A stretch of DNA of 64,000 nt from an uncultured Lachnospiraceae bacterium (GTDB taxonomy: Bacteria > Bacillota > Clostridia > Lachnospirales > Lachnospiraceae): NCBI GenBank assembly GCA_902796595.1, contig CADBPM010000073.1, positions 15,852 through 79,851 on the forward strand. The letters are read 5' to 3'. Shown here piece by piece: positions 53,898 to 63,618 of the stretch. A program made the position numbers and the translations under genes. The notes beneath the pieces are model-generated. The model had not been told where the DNA came from and made no database searches. It was given only the letters and a program-made list of their open reading frames with translations. Each line of letters starts with the position of its first letter. The first letter of the stretch is position 1.

Positions 53898-54938
53898 GTG
53901 GGAGAAGATAAGATTACAGTCGCGCTTGATGCGATGGGAGGAGACAATGCCCCGTTTGAAATAGTTAAGGGAGCTGCAATCGCAGTGAACGAAATGGCGG
54001 GGATGAAAGTTCTGTTGACCGGTAGAACTGAGGAGATTGAAAAGTGTCTTGCAAAGCTTAAGGAAGAGGGTATAAATCCTGACAGAAGTAGACTTGAGAT
54101 AGTAGAGGCAAATGATATCATTTCAAATGAAGATGCCCCTGTTATGGCTGTCAGACGCAAGAAAGACAGTTCGCTCGTTGTGGCTATGAAGCTTGTAAAA
54201 GAAGGCAAGGCAGATGCTTTTATTTCGGCAGGATCGACCGGTGCGGTGCTTGTTGGAGGTCAGCTTATCATAGGCAGACTTCATGGAATCGAAAGGTCTC
54301 CGCTTGGAGCAATGGTTCCTACCGTCAACGGAATGTCTCTTATACTTGACTGTGGTGCTAATGTTGATTCAAGAGCAAGCCACCTTGTTCAGTACGCAAA
54401 AATGGGCTCCCTTTATATGGAACATGTTTTAAATATCAAGTCTCCAAGGGTTGCCATTCTTAATATCGGTGCTGAAGAAGAAAAGGGAAATGCTCTTGTC
54501 AAGGAAACATTCCCGCTTCTTAAAAATCGTTCTGATATCAATTTTACAGGCAGTGTTGAAGCAAGACAGATCGCTTTTGGTGATGCGGATGTCATAGTAT
54601 GTGATGCATTTGCCGGAAACTGTGTACTGAAGATGTATGAGGGCGTCGCACAGGTATTTATGGGTAAGATGAAGGAAGCCATATATTCGAATACAAGAAG
54701 TAAGATAGGCGGTGCTCTTCTTAAGCCGGCTATCAAAAAGACGCTTGGAGCATTCGACACAAAGCAGTATGGCGGTGCGCCTATGCTTGGCTTAAATGAG
54801 CTTGTTGTCAAGGCTCATGGCAGTTCCAAGGCTGTAGAGATCACATCTGCCCTTCGCCAGTGTATGACCTTTAAAAGTCAGCACATAGGAGATTTTATAA
54901 AAGAATATCTTGCAAAGGAGTATCAGGCTATACCTTGA
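53898..54938 (+). CDS. plsX: phosphate acyltransferase PlsX
   Basis: ITVALDAMGGDNAP and SAGSTGA motifs. GTG start. plsX-acpP-rnc-smc-ftsY synteny. Confidence 0.93.
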   Translation: MGEDKITVALDAMGGDNAPFEIVKGAAIAVNEMAGMKVLLTGRTEEIEKCLAKLKEEGINPDRSRLEIVEANDIISNEDAPVMAVRRKKDSSLVVAMKLVKEGKADAFISAGSTGAVLVGGQLIIGRLHGIERSPLGAMVPTVNGMSLILDCGANVDSRASHLVQYAKMGSLYMEHVLNIKSPRVAILNIGAEEEKGNALVKETFPLLKNRSDINFTGSVEARQIAFGDADVIVCDAFAGNCVLKMYEGVAQVFMGKMKEAIYSNTRSKIGGALLKPAIKKTLGAFDTKQYGGAPMLGLNELVVKAHGSSKAVEITSALRQCMTFKSQHIGDFIKEYLAKEYQAIP

Positions 54939-54979
54939 TGGCAGGCAGGGTGCTTTAGCATTGATAAGGAGTACAGGAC

Positions 54980-55213
54980 ATGGATGAATTTGAAAAGATA
55001 AGAGAGATAACAGCAAGTGTGCTTAGCTGTGATCCTGAGTCAATAACTATGGATACAAAGTTTGTTGATGATCTTTCAGCAGACTCGCTTGATGTTACAA
55101 GCATAGTAATGGAGATAGAGGACGAATTCGGTATCGAAATACCGGATGATGCAGCAATGTCTATTACTACTGTAGGAGATGCGGTAGAAAAACTTAAGGA
55201 AGCTCGCAGTTAA
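54980..55213 (+). CDS. acpP: acyl carrier protein
   Basis: 77 aa with the phosphopantetheine attachment motif DDLSADSLDV. Confidence 0.93.
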   Translation: MDEFEKIREITASVLSCDPESITMDTKFVDDLSADSLDVTSIVMEIEDEFGIEIPDDAAMSITTVGDAVEKLKEARS

Positions 55214-55222
55214 ATAAAACGA

Positions 55223-55258
55223 TGTGAGTGCCGTTAATATCTGGCACTCACATTTTTT
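55223..55258 (+). terminator. rho-independent terminator after acpP
   Basis: TGTGAGTGCC pairs with GGCACTCACA, followed by TTTTTT. Confidence 0.8.
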
Positions 55259-55274
55259 GTGAAAGGTACAGGAT

Positions 55275-55979
55275 ATGAAATTTTTTTTGAATAATGAAAA
55301 GGTTTCCAAATTGGAAGATACGATCAATTATCACTTTAAGGACAGGTCTCTTCTTGCCAATGCTCTGACACACAGTTCTTATGCCAATGAGAAGCATTGG
55401 GAAAAATCCTGCTGCAACGAAAGACTGGAATTTTTAGGAGATGCAGTCCTTGAACTTGCAAGCAGTGAATTTCTTTTTAAGAAAATGGAGAATGTACAGG
55501 AAGGTGAGCTTACCAAAGTCCGCGCATCTATGGTCTGCGAGCCTGCACTTGCTTATTGTGCAAGAGATATTAAACTTGAGCAGTATATAATGCTTGGCAG
55601 AGGCGAAGATCTGACAGGAGGAAGAAATCGTGACTCTATTCAGTCGGATGCTTTCGAGGCTGTGATAGGTGCTATATATCTGGACGGTGGTCTTACTAAT
55701 GCGAAAGAGTTTGTTTACAACTTCGTTATGAATGATCTGGAAAATAAAGTACTCTTTTATGATAGTAAAACTATCTTTCAGGAGAAGATACAGAAAGCAG
55801 GCAAGGGAACTATCGAGTATAAGCTTATTTCTGAATCGGGACCTGACCATGATAAGCATTTTACAGAGGCAGTTTATGTAAACGGGAAGTTCTACGGCCA
55901 GGGTGAAGGCCATACCAAGAAGGCAGCCGAGCAAAGAGCGGCGTATAATGCCCTCTTAAAGATCAGGGGCGGAGAGTAA
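55275..55979 (+). CDS. rnc: ribonuclease III
   Basis: RNase III signature ERLEFLGDAV plus a C-terminal dsRBD (HTKKAAEQRAAYNAL). Confidence 0.95.
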   Translation: MKFFLNNEKVSKLEDTINYHFKDRSLLANALTHSSYANEKHWEKSCCNERLEFLGDAVLELASSEFLFKKMENVQEGELTKVRASMVCEPALAYCARDIKLEQYIMLGRGEDLTGGRNRDSIQSDAFEAVIGAIYLDGGLTNAKEFVYNFVMNDLENKVLFYDSKTIFQEKIQKAGKGTIEYKLISESGPDHDKHFTEAVYVNGKFYGQGEGHTKKAAEQRAAYNALLKIRGGE

Positions 55980-55982
55980 AGC

Positions 55983-58900
55983 ATGTACCTTAAGAGTGTT
56001 GAAATACATGGATTTAAGTCGTTTGCAAATAAGATCCTGCTTGAATTTGAAAGTGGTATAACAGGAATAGTAGGGCCAAACGGCAGTGGAAAGAGCAATG
56101 TTGCAGATGCCGTTCGCTGGGTTTTGGGTGAGCAGAGTGCCAAGCAGCTTCGTGGCTCCAAGATGGAAGATGTTATCTTTGCGGGCACACAGGCAAGGAA
56201 GCCACAGGGCTTTGCCTTTGTAGCGCTTACTATGGACAATTCAGACCATACACTTCCTGTTGAATTTGAAGAGGTAAAAGTTTCAAGAAGAGTCTACCGT
56301 TCGGGTGAGAGTGAATATCAGATAAATGGTACTTCCTGCAGGCTTAAAGATGTGCAGGAGCTTTTCCTTGATACAGGTGTCGGAAAAGAGGGATATTCTA
56401 TAATCGGACAGGGTCAGATTGAAAAGATCTTAAGCGGCAGACCGGAGGAGCGCAGAGAGCTTTTTGATGAAGCTGTAGGAATCACAAAATATAAAAAGCG
56501 CAAGAATGAGGCGGTAAGAAATCTTGCTGCTGAGCACGACAATTTAAACAGGGTAAATGATATTATCGCTGAACTTGAAAAGCAGAAGGGACCTCTTGAA
56601 GCTCAGTCTGAAAATGCGTTAAAGTACCTTGAATACAGAGAGATTTTAAAAAAGTATGAGACAGAATATTTTGTAGAAGATTATGACCATACAGAAGAAA
56701 TAAAGAAAAAGGCAGAGAATGACTGTGCAATAGCTGAAAATAATCTTACCGAAGCCGCGAATGAAGCTCTTGAAATAAAAAAGGAATATGAGAGCATAGA
56801 AAAGCAGCTTGAAGAAAATGAAACTGCCATCAATGATACGCAGCAGAACATTTCAACCTTGAAGCTTGCCGGTGCAGAATTAAATAACACCGTAAAGATC
56901 ACTGAGGAGCAGATACATTCGATCAAGTCTCTCAATGAACATTTTGACGAAAGAATAAATGAAACAAGTGCCAAGCTTGAAACGGCTAAAAAGCGCATAG
57001 AGGAAAATGAAACAAAACATTCGGAGCTTTCATATGAAAAAGAAGGGCATACTGCAAGTCTTCGTAAGTTAGCAGAAGCGCTTGAAGCCAAAAAAGAAGA
57101 TCTTGATAAGCTTCAGATAAATAAGACAGAGACGGAAGCAGAATTCGTTCGCTTTGAAAAAAGAAAAGCGGAAGCATCCGGTAAGATTGATTTTTACAAA
57201 AATATTCTTGAACAAAATAAGATAAAAAAGCTTGAAATAACAAATAGAATGCTTCGTCAGAGCGAGCAGAAGGAAGATCTTGCAAAAAAGCAGGCGGAAA
57301 TAGAGAAAAAAATATCCATGCTTTCTGCTTCCTATGAAAAGGTAAGGGCTTCAATCCTTTCATTTAATGAGTCGCACAAGGATTATCTGAAGGAAAGAGA
57401 GCAGCTTGTAAAGCACCACGACGAAAAGCAGAGAGAATATCTTCGTGAGAAGACAAGGTATGAGGCACTTACAAATCAGGCTGAAAGATATAACGGCTAT
57501 GGCTCCACTGTAAGAAATGTAATGGAACATTCAAAGGTGGAGAGCGGTATCCTTGGCACTGTAGCGGATATCGTACATGCAGAAAAGAAATACGAAACAG
57601 CTATAGAGACAGCTCTTGGCGGTGCTATCCAGCAGATTGTCACAGATAAGGAAGATACCGCAAAAAGGACAATAACATGGCTTAAGCAAAACAAGCTGGG
57701 TCGTGCTACATTTCTGCCGCTTGATTCAGTAGGAGTGCACAGTCCCGGCAATTTCGGCGGTGCTCTTAATGAAAAGGGGATAGTTGGAGTTGCGGCTTTA
57801 CTTGTTACCTTTGAGGATCGTTTTGCGGCAGTAGTTACCCATCTTCTTGGAAGGACGCTTGTTGCCACTGATATGGATACTGCGACGACTATTGCAAGAA
57901 AGTACCACTATTCACTAAGGATCGTTACGCTTGATGGTGAACAGCTTAATCCCGGCGGTTCTATTTCCGGTGGTGCATTTAAAAATTCGTCAAATCTCCT
58001 TGGAAGAAACAGGGAAATAGAAGAATTGAAAGCGAAGGTTGCGCGGCTTGATGAGGCTGTTAAGGAATGTGTAAAGGAGATAAAGGAACTTGACAGGAGG
58101 GCAGGCGAACAGGAAAAATCGGCAGGTGTTTACAAGGAAGAGATAAATAAACTTACTATTGAGATTCAGACCGAAAAGAACCGTGGTGTACAGCTTGCCG
58201 ACAGGATAAGTGAAAATGAAAACCTTATAGCAGAGATAAGGCTTGATCTTACAAATGCTGATAAGGAAAAAACTGCCGCGGAAACTGCTCTTGCCACATT
58301 GCAGGATAAGCTTACCTCCGGAAATGATGTGCCAAAGGGTAACAGAGAAGAAGTCCTTAAAAAGGCAGACGAACTCATTTTAACAAAGACAGCTGAGATA
58401 TCAGACCTGAATGATGAAATAAGTGCGGAAAGACTTAAAGAGGCTTCTGCTATAGAGCACATAAGTTTCAACGAGAGTGAGCACGAAAGACTTGAAGCAG
58501 AGTATTCTGAAATAAAAACAGAGTATGAAAAAATTGTTGAAAGTAATGATAATTATGCGGAGGAGCTTGCAAAGAAGCAGGAGATCATTGCAAAGACAAA
58601 TGAAGAGATAAAGAAGAATACAGAAGATATTGAAAGCGCTGAGACGCATTTTAGAAATCTCACAGAAGAAAAACAGAGGATAAATGCAGATCACAAGCAG
58701 TTCTTTACAAAGCGTGAAGAGATAAGCGATAGGAAGAACAGACTTGATGTTGAAATAGTAAGGCTCAAGGCGCAGATCGAAAAAGCTGAAAATGATCTTG
58801 TATCCATGGTAGATTACATGCGTGACGAGTATGACCTTACTTATTCCGAGATAGTTAAAAATAAGACTCAGAGCGATGAAGAAAAAGTAAGTCAGTTTGC

Positions 58901-59555
58901 GTTAAAGAAGCTTATCGTCAATCAGAAAAATCTTATAAAGGGCCTTGGAAATGTAAATGTAAATGCTATAGATGAGTACAGGGAATTAAACGAAAGATAT
59001 ACCCTTATGCATGAACAGCAGGAGGATATAATCAAGGCGGAGGATTCACTTAAGGATATTATAGAGGACCTTGATGGCAAGATGCGTGCCCAATTTACCG
59101 AGCGTTTTAAGAAGATAAATGAGGAATTCAATGAAGTCTTCATAGAGCTTTTTGGCGGCGGCAAGGGAAGGCTTGAGCTTGTTGACGGAGAGGATATACT
59201 TGAGGCAGGCATAAAGATCTCGGCTCAGCCGCCTGGAAAGAAGCTTCAGAATATGATGCAGCTTTCCGGTGGAGAGAAGTCGCTTACCGCAATAGCCCTT
59301 CTTTTTGCGATTCAGAACCTTAAACCGTCGCCGTTCTGTCTTCTTGACGAGATTGAGGCGGCTCTTGACGACTCAAACGTAGGCAGATTTGCAGGTTACC
59401 TTCACAAGCTTACAGATCATACTCAGTTTATAGTGATAACCCACAGAAGGGGTACAATGAATGCGGCAGACAGACTTTACGGAATCACCATGCAGGAAAA
59501 GGGAGTGTCTACAATGGTTTCTGTCGACCTTGTGGAATCGGAACTTACAGGTTGA
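55983..59555 (+). CDS. smc: chromosome segregation protein SMC
   Basis: 1190 aa with N-terminal Walker A GPNGSGKSN, long coiled coils, a central hinge, and the C-terminal LSGGEKSLTAIALLFAI signature with Walker B LLDEIEAALD. Confidence 0.97.
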   Translation: MYLKSVEIHGFKSFANKILLEFESGITGIVGPNGSGKSNVADAVRWVLGEQSAKQLRGSKMEDVIFAGTQARKPQGFAFVALTMDNSDHTLPVEFEEVKVSRRVYRSGESEYQINGTSCRLKDVQELFLDTGVGKEGYSIIGQGQIEKILSGRPEERRELFDEAVGITKYKKRKNEAVRNLAAEHDNLNRVNDIIAELEKQKGPLEAQSENALKYLEYREILKKYETEYFVEDYDHTEEIKKKAENDCAIAENNLTEAANEALEIKKEYESIEKQLEENETAINDTQQNISTLKLAGAELNNTVKITEEQIHSIKSLNEHFDERINETSAKLETAKKRIEENETKHSELSYEKEGHTASLRKLAEALEAKKEDLDKLQINKTETEAEFVRFEKRKAEASGKIDFYKNILEQNKIKKLEITNRMLRQSEQKEDLAKKQAEIEKKISMLSASYEKVRASILSFNESHKDYLKEREQLVKHHDEKQREYLREKTRYEALTNQAERYNGYGSTVRNVMEHSKVESGILGTVADIVHAEKKYETAIETALGGAIQQIVTDKEDTAKRTITWLKQNKLGRATFLPLDSVGVHSPGNFGGALNEKGIVGVAALLVTFEDRFAAVVTHLLGRTLVATDMDTATTIARKYHYSLRIVTLDGEQLNPGGSISGGAFKNSSNLLGRNREIEELKAKVARLDEAVKECVKEIKELDRRAGEQEKSAGVYKEEINKLTIEIQTEKNRGVQLADRISENENLIAEIRLDLTNADKEKTAAETALATLQDKLTSGNDVPKGNREEVLKKADELILTKTAEISDLNDEISAERLKEASAIEHISFNESEHERLEAEYSEIKTEYEKIVESNDNYAEELAKKQEIIAKTNEEIKKNTEDIESAETHFRNLTEEKQRINADHKQFFTKREEISDRKNRLDVEIVRLKAQIEKAENDLVSMVDYMRDEYDLTYSEIVKNKTQSDEEKVSQFALKKLIVNQKNLIKGLGNVNVNAIDEYRELNERYTLMHEQQEDIIKAEDSLKDIIEDLDGKMRAQFTERFKKINEEFNEVFIELFGGGKGRLELVDGEDILEAGIKISAQPPGKKLQNMMQLSGGEKSLTAIALLFAIQNLKPSPFCLLDEIEAALDDSNVGRFAGYLHKLTDHTQFIVITHRRGTMNAADRLYGITMQEKGVSTMVSVDLVESELTG

Positions 59556-59570
59556 AAGGATTACTAAGAG

Positions 59571-61031
59571 ATGGAAGAAGAAAAGTTAGAAGAGCAGCTT
59601 CATGAAAATGGTGAAGAAGCAGAAAAAAACGCCAAAAAGGGCTTTTTTGCAAGACTAAAAGAGGGTCTTGCAAAGACAAGAGATTCTATATTTGAAGGGA
59701 TAGGCAATGTTTTTTCCTACAGCAAGATTGATGATGAGTTCTATGAGGACCTTGAAGAAACCCTTATAATGGCGGATGTAGGACTTTCGACCACAGAAAC
59801 TGTTATCGAAAGCCTCAAAAAGAAGGTAAAGGAAAAAGGGATAAAAAACCCGGAGGACTGCAGGGAGCTTTTGGCTGAAAGTCTTGCAGAGCAGATGCAG
59901 ACAAGTGAGGATGCATACGATTTCGAAGAGAAGAAATCAGTTGTCATCCTTATCGGTGTAAATGGTGTCGGAAAGACCACCACAGCGGGCAAGCTTGCCA
60001 GTCAGTATAAGGCAAGGGGGAAGAAGGTCATTCTTGCGGCAGCAGATACATTCAGGGCAGCAGCTATAGAGCAGCTCACAGAATGGGCTCACAGGTCAGA
60101 TGTGCCTATCATAGCGCAGAAGGAAGGGAGCGACCCGGCAGCAGTTGTATTCGACGCTATAGGGGCCGCAAAGGCAAGAAAAGGAGACATCCTTATCTGC
60201 GATACAGCCGGAAGACTTCATAATAAAAAGAACCTTATGAATGAGCTTGAAAAGATGTTCAGGGTTATAAACCGCGAATATCCGGATGCTCAGGTTGAAA
60301 CGCTTGTTGTTGTAGATGCGGCTACAGGTCAGAATGCCAAGGAGCAGGCAAAGCAGTTTTCTGAGATAACTGATATCAATGGTATCATACTTACAAAGCT
60401 GGACGGTTCGGCAAAAGGGGGGATTGCCATAGCTATTCAGTCTGAGCTTGGAATACCTGTAAAATATATCGGTGTCGGTGAAAAGATAGAAGATCTTCAG
60501 AAGTTTGATTCAAGAGCCTTTATAGATGCCCTTCTTGATGTAAAGAGGGAAGAGGAAGAAGCTTTACTTCCTGAAATATCAGAAGAAAACAGCGAAGAGG
60601 CGGCAGAAACTATTGAAGAAAATATTGTGGAAACTGCCAAAGAAAGCTTTTTAGAGAATATAGGTGATGAAGAAGATACTAAAGTTTCAGCTGAAGAAAC
60701 AGATACCGACAGGACAGAGGCTTTTGATGAAGAAGTAAACAATGCTAAAACTGATCTTTATAACGAAGCAAAAGAAAAAAGTACAGAAAATACAAAATTT
60801 GAAAATGAGGTGGAGCTATCAGCCGGATTTATCTCAGATATACCTGAAAGTGATAATGAGCCTTCAAACCTTGACACAGAGGGTCAGGCGGCAGATAATG
60901 TATTAAATCAGACAGAAGAAAGCGACACCTTTGATGATTTTAAGTGGGAGACTGAATCGGATGATAAAAATGAGGAGTCTGAGGAAGAAAAGCCGGCTAA
61001 AAAGAAGCATTGGTGGAACTTTTTTGGCTAA
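59571..61031 (+). CDS. ftsY: signal recognition particle receptor FtsY with ~160-aa acidic C-terminal extension
   Basis: N-terminal amphipathic KKGFFARLKEGLAKTR and an NG domain (GVNGVGKTTTAGKLA, DTAGRLHNK, TKLDGSAKGG) ending near aa 325. The remaining D/E-rich tail ends in KKKHWWNFFG. Confidence 0.9.
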   Translation: MEEEKLEEQLHENGEEAEKNAKKGFFARLKEGLAKTRDSIFEGIGNVFSYSKIDDEFYEDLEETLIMADVGLSTTETVIESLKKKVKEKGIKNPEDCRELLAESLAEQMQTSEDAYDFEEKKSVVILIGVNGVGKTTTAGKLASQYKARGKKVILAAADTFRAAAIEQLTEWAHRSDVPIIAQKEGSDPAAVVFDAIGAAKARKGDILICDTAGRLHNKKNLMNELEKMFRVINREYPDAQVETLVVVDAATGQNAKEQAKQFSEITDINGIILTKLDGSAKGGIAIAIQSELGIPVKYIGVGEKIEDLQKFDSRAFIDALLDVKREEEEALLPEISEENSEEAAETIEENIVETAKESFLENIGDEEDTKVSAEETDTDRTEAFDEEVNNAKTDLYNEAKEKSTENTKFENEVELSAGFISDIPESDNEPSNLDTEGQAADNVLNQTEESDTFDDFKWETESDDKNEESEEEKPAKKKHWWNFFG

Positions 61032-61082
61032 ATGCTGTATTGCTTTACAATAGTGCATTAGCCGGAAGAAAGAGGGGAGATT

Positions 61083-62294
61083 ATGCTGACACTTGATAAA
61101 TTTAAAGAAGCATCCGAAGTTGTAAAGAAGGTTGTTAATCCTACAAAGCTTGTATACAGTGAATTCTTTTCCGAATCCTGTGGAAACAAAGTCTATATTA
61201 AGCCGGAGAACATGCAGTACACAGGAGCCTACAAGGTAAGAGGGGCATATTACAAGATAAGCACCATGTCCGAAGAGGACAGGGAAAAGGGCCTTGTAAC
61301 AGCATCTGCCGGTAATCACGCTCAGGGTGTTGCCTACGCTGCAAAGCTTTTCAATGTTAAGGCAGTCGTTGTAATGCCTACTACTACGCCGCTTATAAAA
61401 GTAAACAGAACAAAGGGTTATGGCGCGGAAGTTATACTTCACGGGGATGTTTATGATGATGCCTGTGAATACGCCCTTAAGCTTGCAGCAGAAAAAGGCA
61501 TGACTTTCGTGCATCCTTTTAATGATGAAACAGTTGCAACTGGTCAGGGAACAATAGCCAAGGAGATCATAGATGAACTTCCTGATGTTGACTATATCCT
61601 TGTTCCTATCGGCGGTGGCGGTCTCGCCTGTGGCGTTTCAACCTGTGCAAAGCTCTTAGATCCGAGGATAAAGGTTATCGGTGTTGAGCCTGCGGGCGCT
61701 GCATGTATGAAGGCGAGTATCGAGGTTGGTCATGTGACCACACTCGGAGCGGTCGATACTATTGCAGACGGTACAGCAGTAAGGACTCCGGGCGACAAGG
61801 TATTTCCATATATCAAAAGAAATATAGATGATGTCATTACGGTAGAGGACGAGGAGCTAACACTGACTTTCCTTGATATGCTTGAAAATCACAAGATGGT
61901 TGCAGAAAATTCAGGTCTTCTTACTTTGGCTGCCCTAAATCATCTTGATATAAAAGACAAGAAGATCGCATGTATCATTTCAGGTGGAAATATTGATATA
62001 ATCACAATCTCTTCTATGGTGCAGCATGGTCTTATACAGAGAGGCAGGATATTTACTGTTTCAGTCATGCTTCCGGACAGACCGGGCGAACTTGCAAGGA
62101 TTTCAGAGACTATTGCAGAGCTTCAGGGAAATGTAGTAAGACTTGATCATAACCAGTTTGTAAATATCAACAGAAATACAGCTGTGGAACTTGTGATCAC
62201 CATGGAAGCTTTTGGCATGGATCACAAACAGAAGATAATAGAAGGGCTTGCCGAAAAAGGCTATAGTCCGAAAGAAGTTCAGGTTAAGTATTGA
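61083..62294 (+). CDS. ilvA: threonine ammonia-lyase (threonine dehydratase)
   Basis: PLP-lysine region (PENMQYTGAYKVRGA), ASAGNHAQGVA, GGGGL, and a single C-terminal ACT-like regulatory domain. Confidence 0.88.
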   Translation: MLTLDKFKEASEVVKKVVNPTKLVYSEFFSESCGNKVYIKPENMQYTGAYKVRGAYYKISTMSEEDREKGLVTASAGNHAQGVAYAAKLFNVKAVVVMPTTTPLIKVNRTKGYGAEVILHGDVYDDACEYALKLAAEKGMTFVHPFNDETVATGQGTIAKEIIDELPDVDYILVPIGGGGLACGVSTCAKLLDPRIKVIGVEPAGAACMKASIEVGHVTTLGAVDTIADGTAVRTPGDKVFPYIKRNIDDVITVEDEELTLTFLDMLENHKMVAENSGLLTLAALNHLDIKDKKIACIISGGNIDIITISSMVQHGLIQRGRIFTVSVMLPDRPGELARISETIAELQGNVVRLDHNQFVNINRNTAVELVITMEAFGMDHKQKIIEGLAEKGYSPKEVQVKY

Positions 62295-62301
62295 TTAGTT
62301 G

Positions 62302-62335
62302 GAGTGTCCCAATTTGCGGGGGCGCTCTTTTTTTG
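62302..62335 (+). terminator. rho-independent terminator after ilvA
   Basis: GAGTGTCCC pairs with GGGGCGCTC (two G-U pairs), followed by TTTTTTT. Confidence 0.65.
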
Positions 62336-62436
62336 CATACTGTACAAACAAACGAGCGCTTTTTAGTGCAGTATCAATAAAAATAATTTCCAGCAGATGG
62401 AAATAAAAATCGTGCATTCTGACAACACTTCTTTAA

Positions 62437-62465
62437 TTGACAAAGTCTATCTTATGTTCTAAAAT
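62437..62465 (+). promoter_or_regulatory. candidate sigma-A promoter of recA
   Basis: Consensus TTGACA (62437-62442), a 17-nt spacer, then TAAAAT (62460-62465), ~50 nt before the recA ATG. Confidence 0.55.
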
Positions 62466-62515
62466 GAGACGGATGTTTGAAAAATTCAGATAAAAGCTTG
62501 AAAAAGGAAAAGATT

Positions 62516-63616
62516 ATGGCAAAAAATACAGAAACAAATACCAATAAGGCCGATGATGACAAGAAAAAGGCATTGGATGCCGCTATAGCTCAGATTGAAA
62601 AGGACTTCGGCAAGGGCTCTATAATGAAGCTCGGAGACAAGTCGTCTACAATGAACGTAGAGGCTGTACCTACAGGCTGTCTTTCACTTGACCTTGCTCT
62701 TGGCATAGGTGGTATCCCAAAGGGCAGGATAGTTGAGGTATATGGCCCTGAATCAAGTGGTAAGACGACCATTGCACTTCATATGGTCGCTGAAGTGCAA
62801 AAGAGGGGCGGAATAGCAGGATTCATAGATGCGGAGCACGCTCTTGACCCTGTATATGCAAGCAATATCGGCGTAGATATTGACAATCTCTATATCTCTC
62901 AGCCTGATTCGGGAGAACAGGCACTTGAAATAGCTGATACCATGGTTCGCAGCGGCGCTATAGATATTATCATAGTTGACTCGGTTGCAGCTCTCGTACC
63001 TAAGGCAGAAATTGACGGAGAGATGGGAGACAGCCATGTAGGTCTTCAGGCAAGACTTATGAGTCAGGCTTTAAGAAAGCTCACAAGTGTTGTAAGCAAG
63101 ACAGGCTGTATAGTAGTATTTATAAATCAGCTTCGTGAGAAGATAGGCGTTATGTTCGGAAACCCTGAAACTACAACCGGCGGTCGCGCACTCAAGTTCT
63201 ACTCATCGGTCAGACTGGATGTGCGTCGTGTAGAGTCTATAAAGCAGGGAGGTGAGGTTGTCGGCAACCATACCCGTATAAAAGTTGTTAAAAATAAGGT
63301 TTCACCTCCATTTAAGGAAGCTGAATTTGATATCATGTTCGGTAAGGGAGTCAGCCGTTCCGGTGATGTCCTTGATATAGCTGTAGATGATGATATCGTG
63401 CAGAAATCAGGTGCGTGGTTCTCTTATAAGGGCGAGAAGATAGGTCAGGGCAGAGAGAATACCAAGAAGTATCTTGAAGATAACCCAGAAGTCTTTGATG
63501 AAATAGAACATCTTGTCCGCGTAAGACATGGTCTTGAAGAAGGAGAGTCCATAGAGGGCGAAAACGATACGCCTGAGAAGGAAAATAAGGATGATTCAGG
63601 GGAAACGGAAGATTGA
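62516..63616 (+). CDS. recA: recombinase RecA
   Basis: [19 protein letters not shown], Walker [10 protein letters not shown], the L2 region and an acidic C-tail. ATG 62516 with an AAAGGAAAAG RBS is preferred over upstream TTG 62477. Confidence 0.97.
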   Translation: MAKNTETNTNKADDDKKKALDAAIAQIEKDFGKGSIMKLGDKSSTMNVEAVPTGCLSLDLALGIGGIPKGRIVEVYGPESSGKTTIALHMVAEVQKRGGIAGFIDAEHALDPVYASNIGVDIDNLYISQPDSGEQALEIADTMVRSGAIDIIIVDSVAALVPKAEIDGEMGDSHVGLQARLMSQALRKLTSVVSKTGCIVVFINQLREKIGVMFGNPETTTGGRALKFYSSVRLDVRRVESIKQGGEVVGNHTRIKVVKNKVSPPFKEAEFDIMFGKGVSRSGDVLDIAVDDDIVQKSGAWFSYKGEKIGQGRENTKKYLEDNPEVFDEIEHLVRVRHGLEEGESIEGENDTPEKENKDDSGETED

Positions 63617-63618
63617 TC

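Noticed and set aside
62865-62872. Sigma-D -10-like GCCGATAT (minus strand) inside recA; a similar one lies inside fliI near 7714
   Set aside because: There is no TAAA -35 element at the required ~15-nt spacing, and both are inside coding regions antisense to the gene. I found no convincing sigma-28 promoter (TAAA-N15-GCCGATAT) anywhere in the window.
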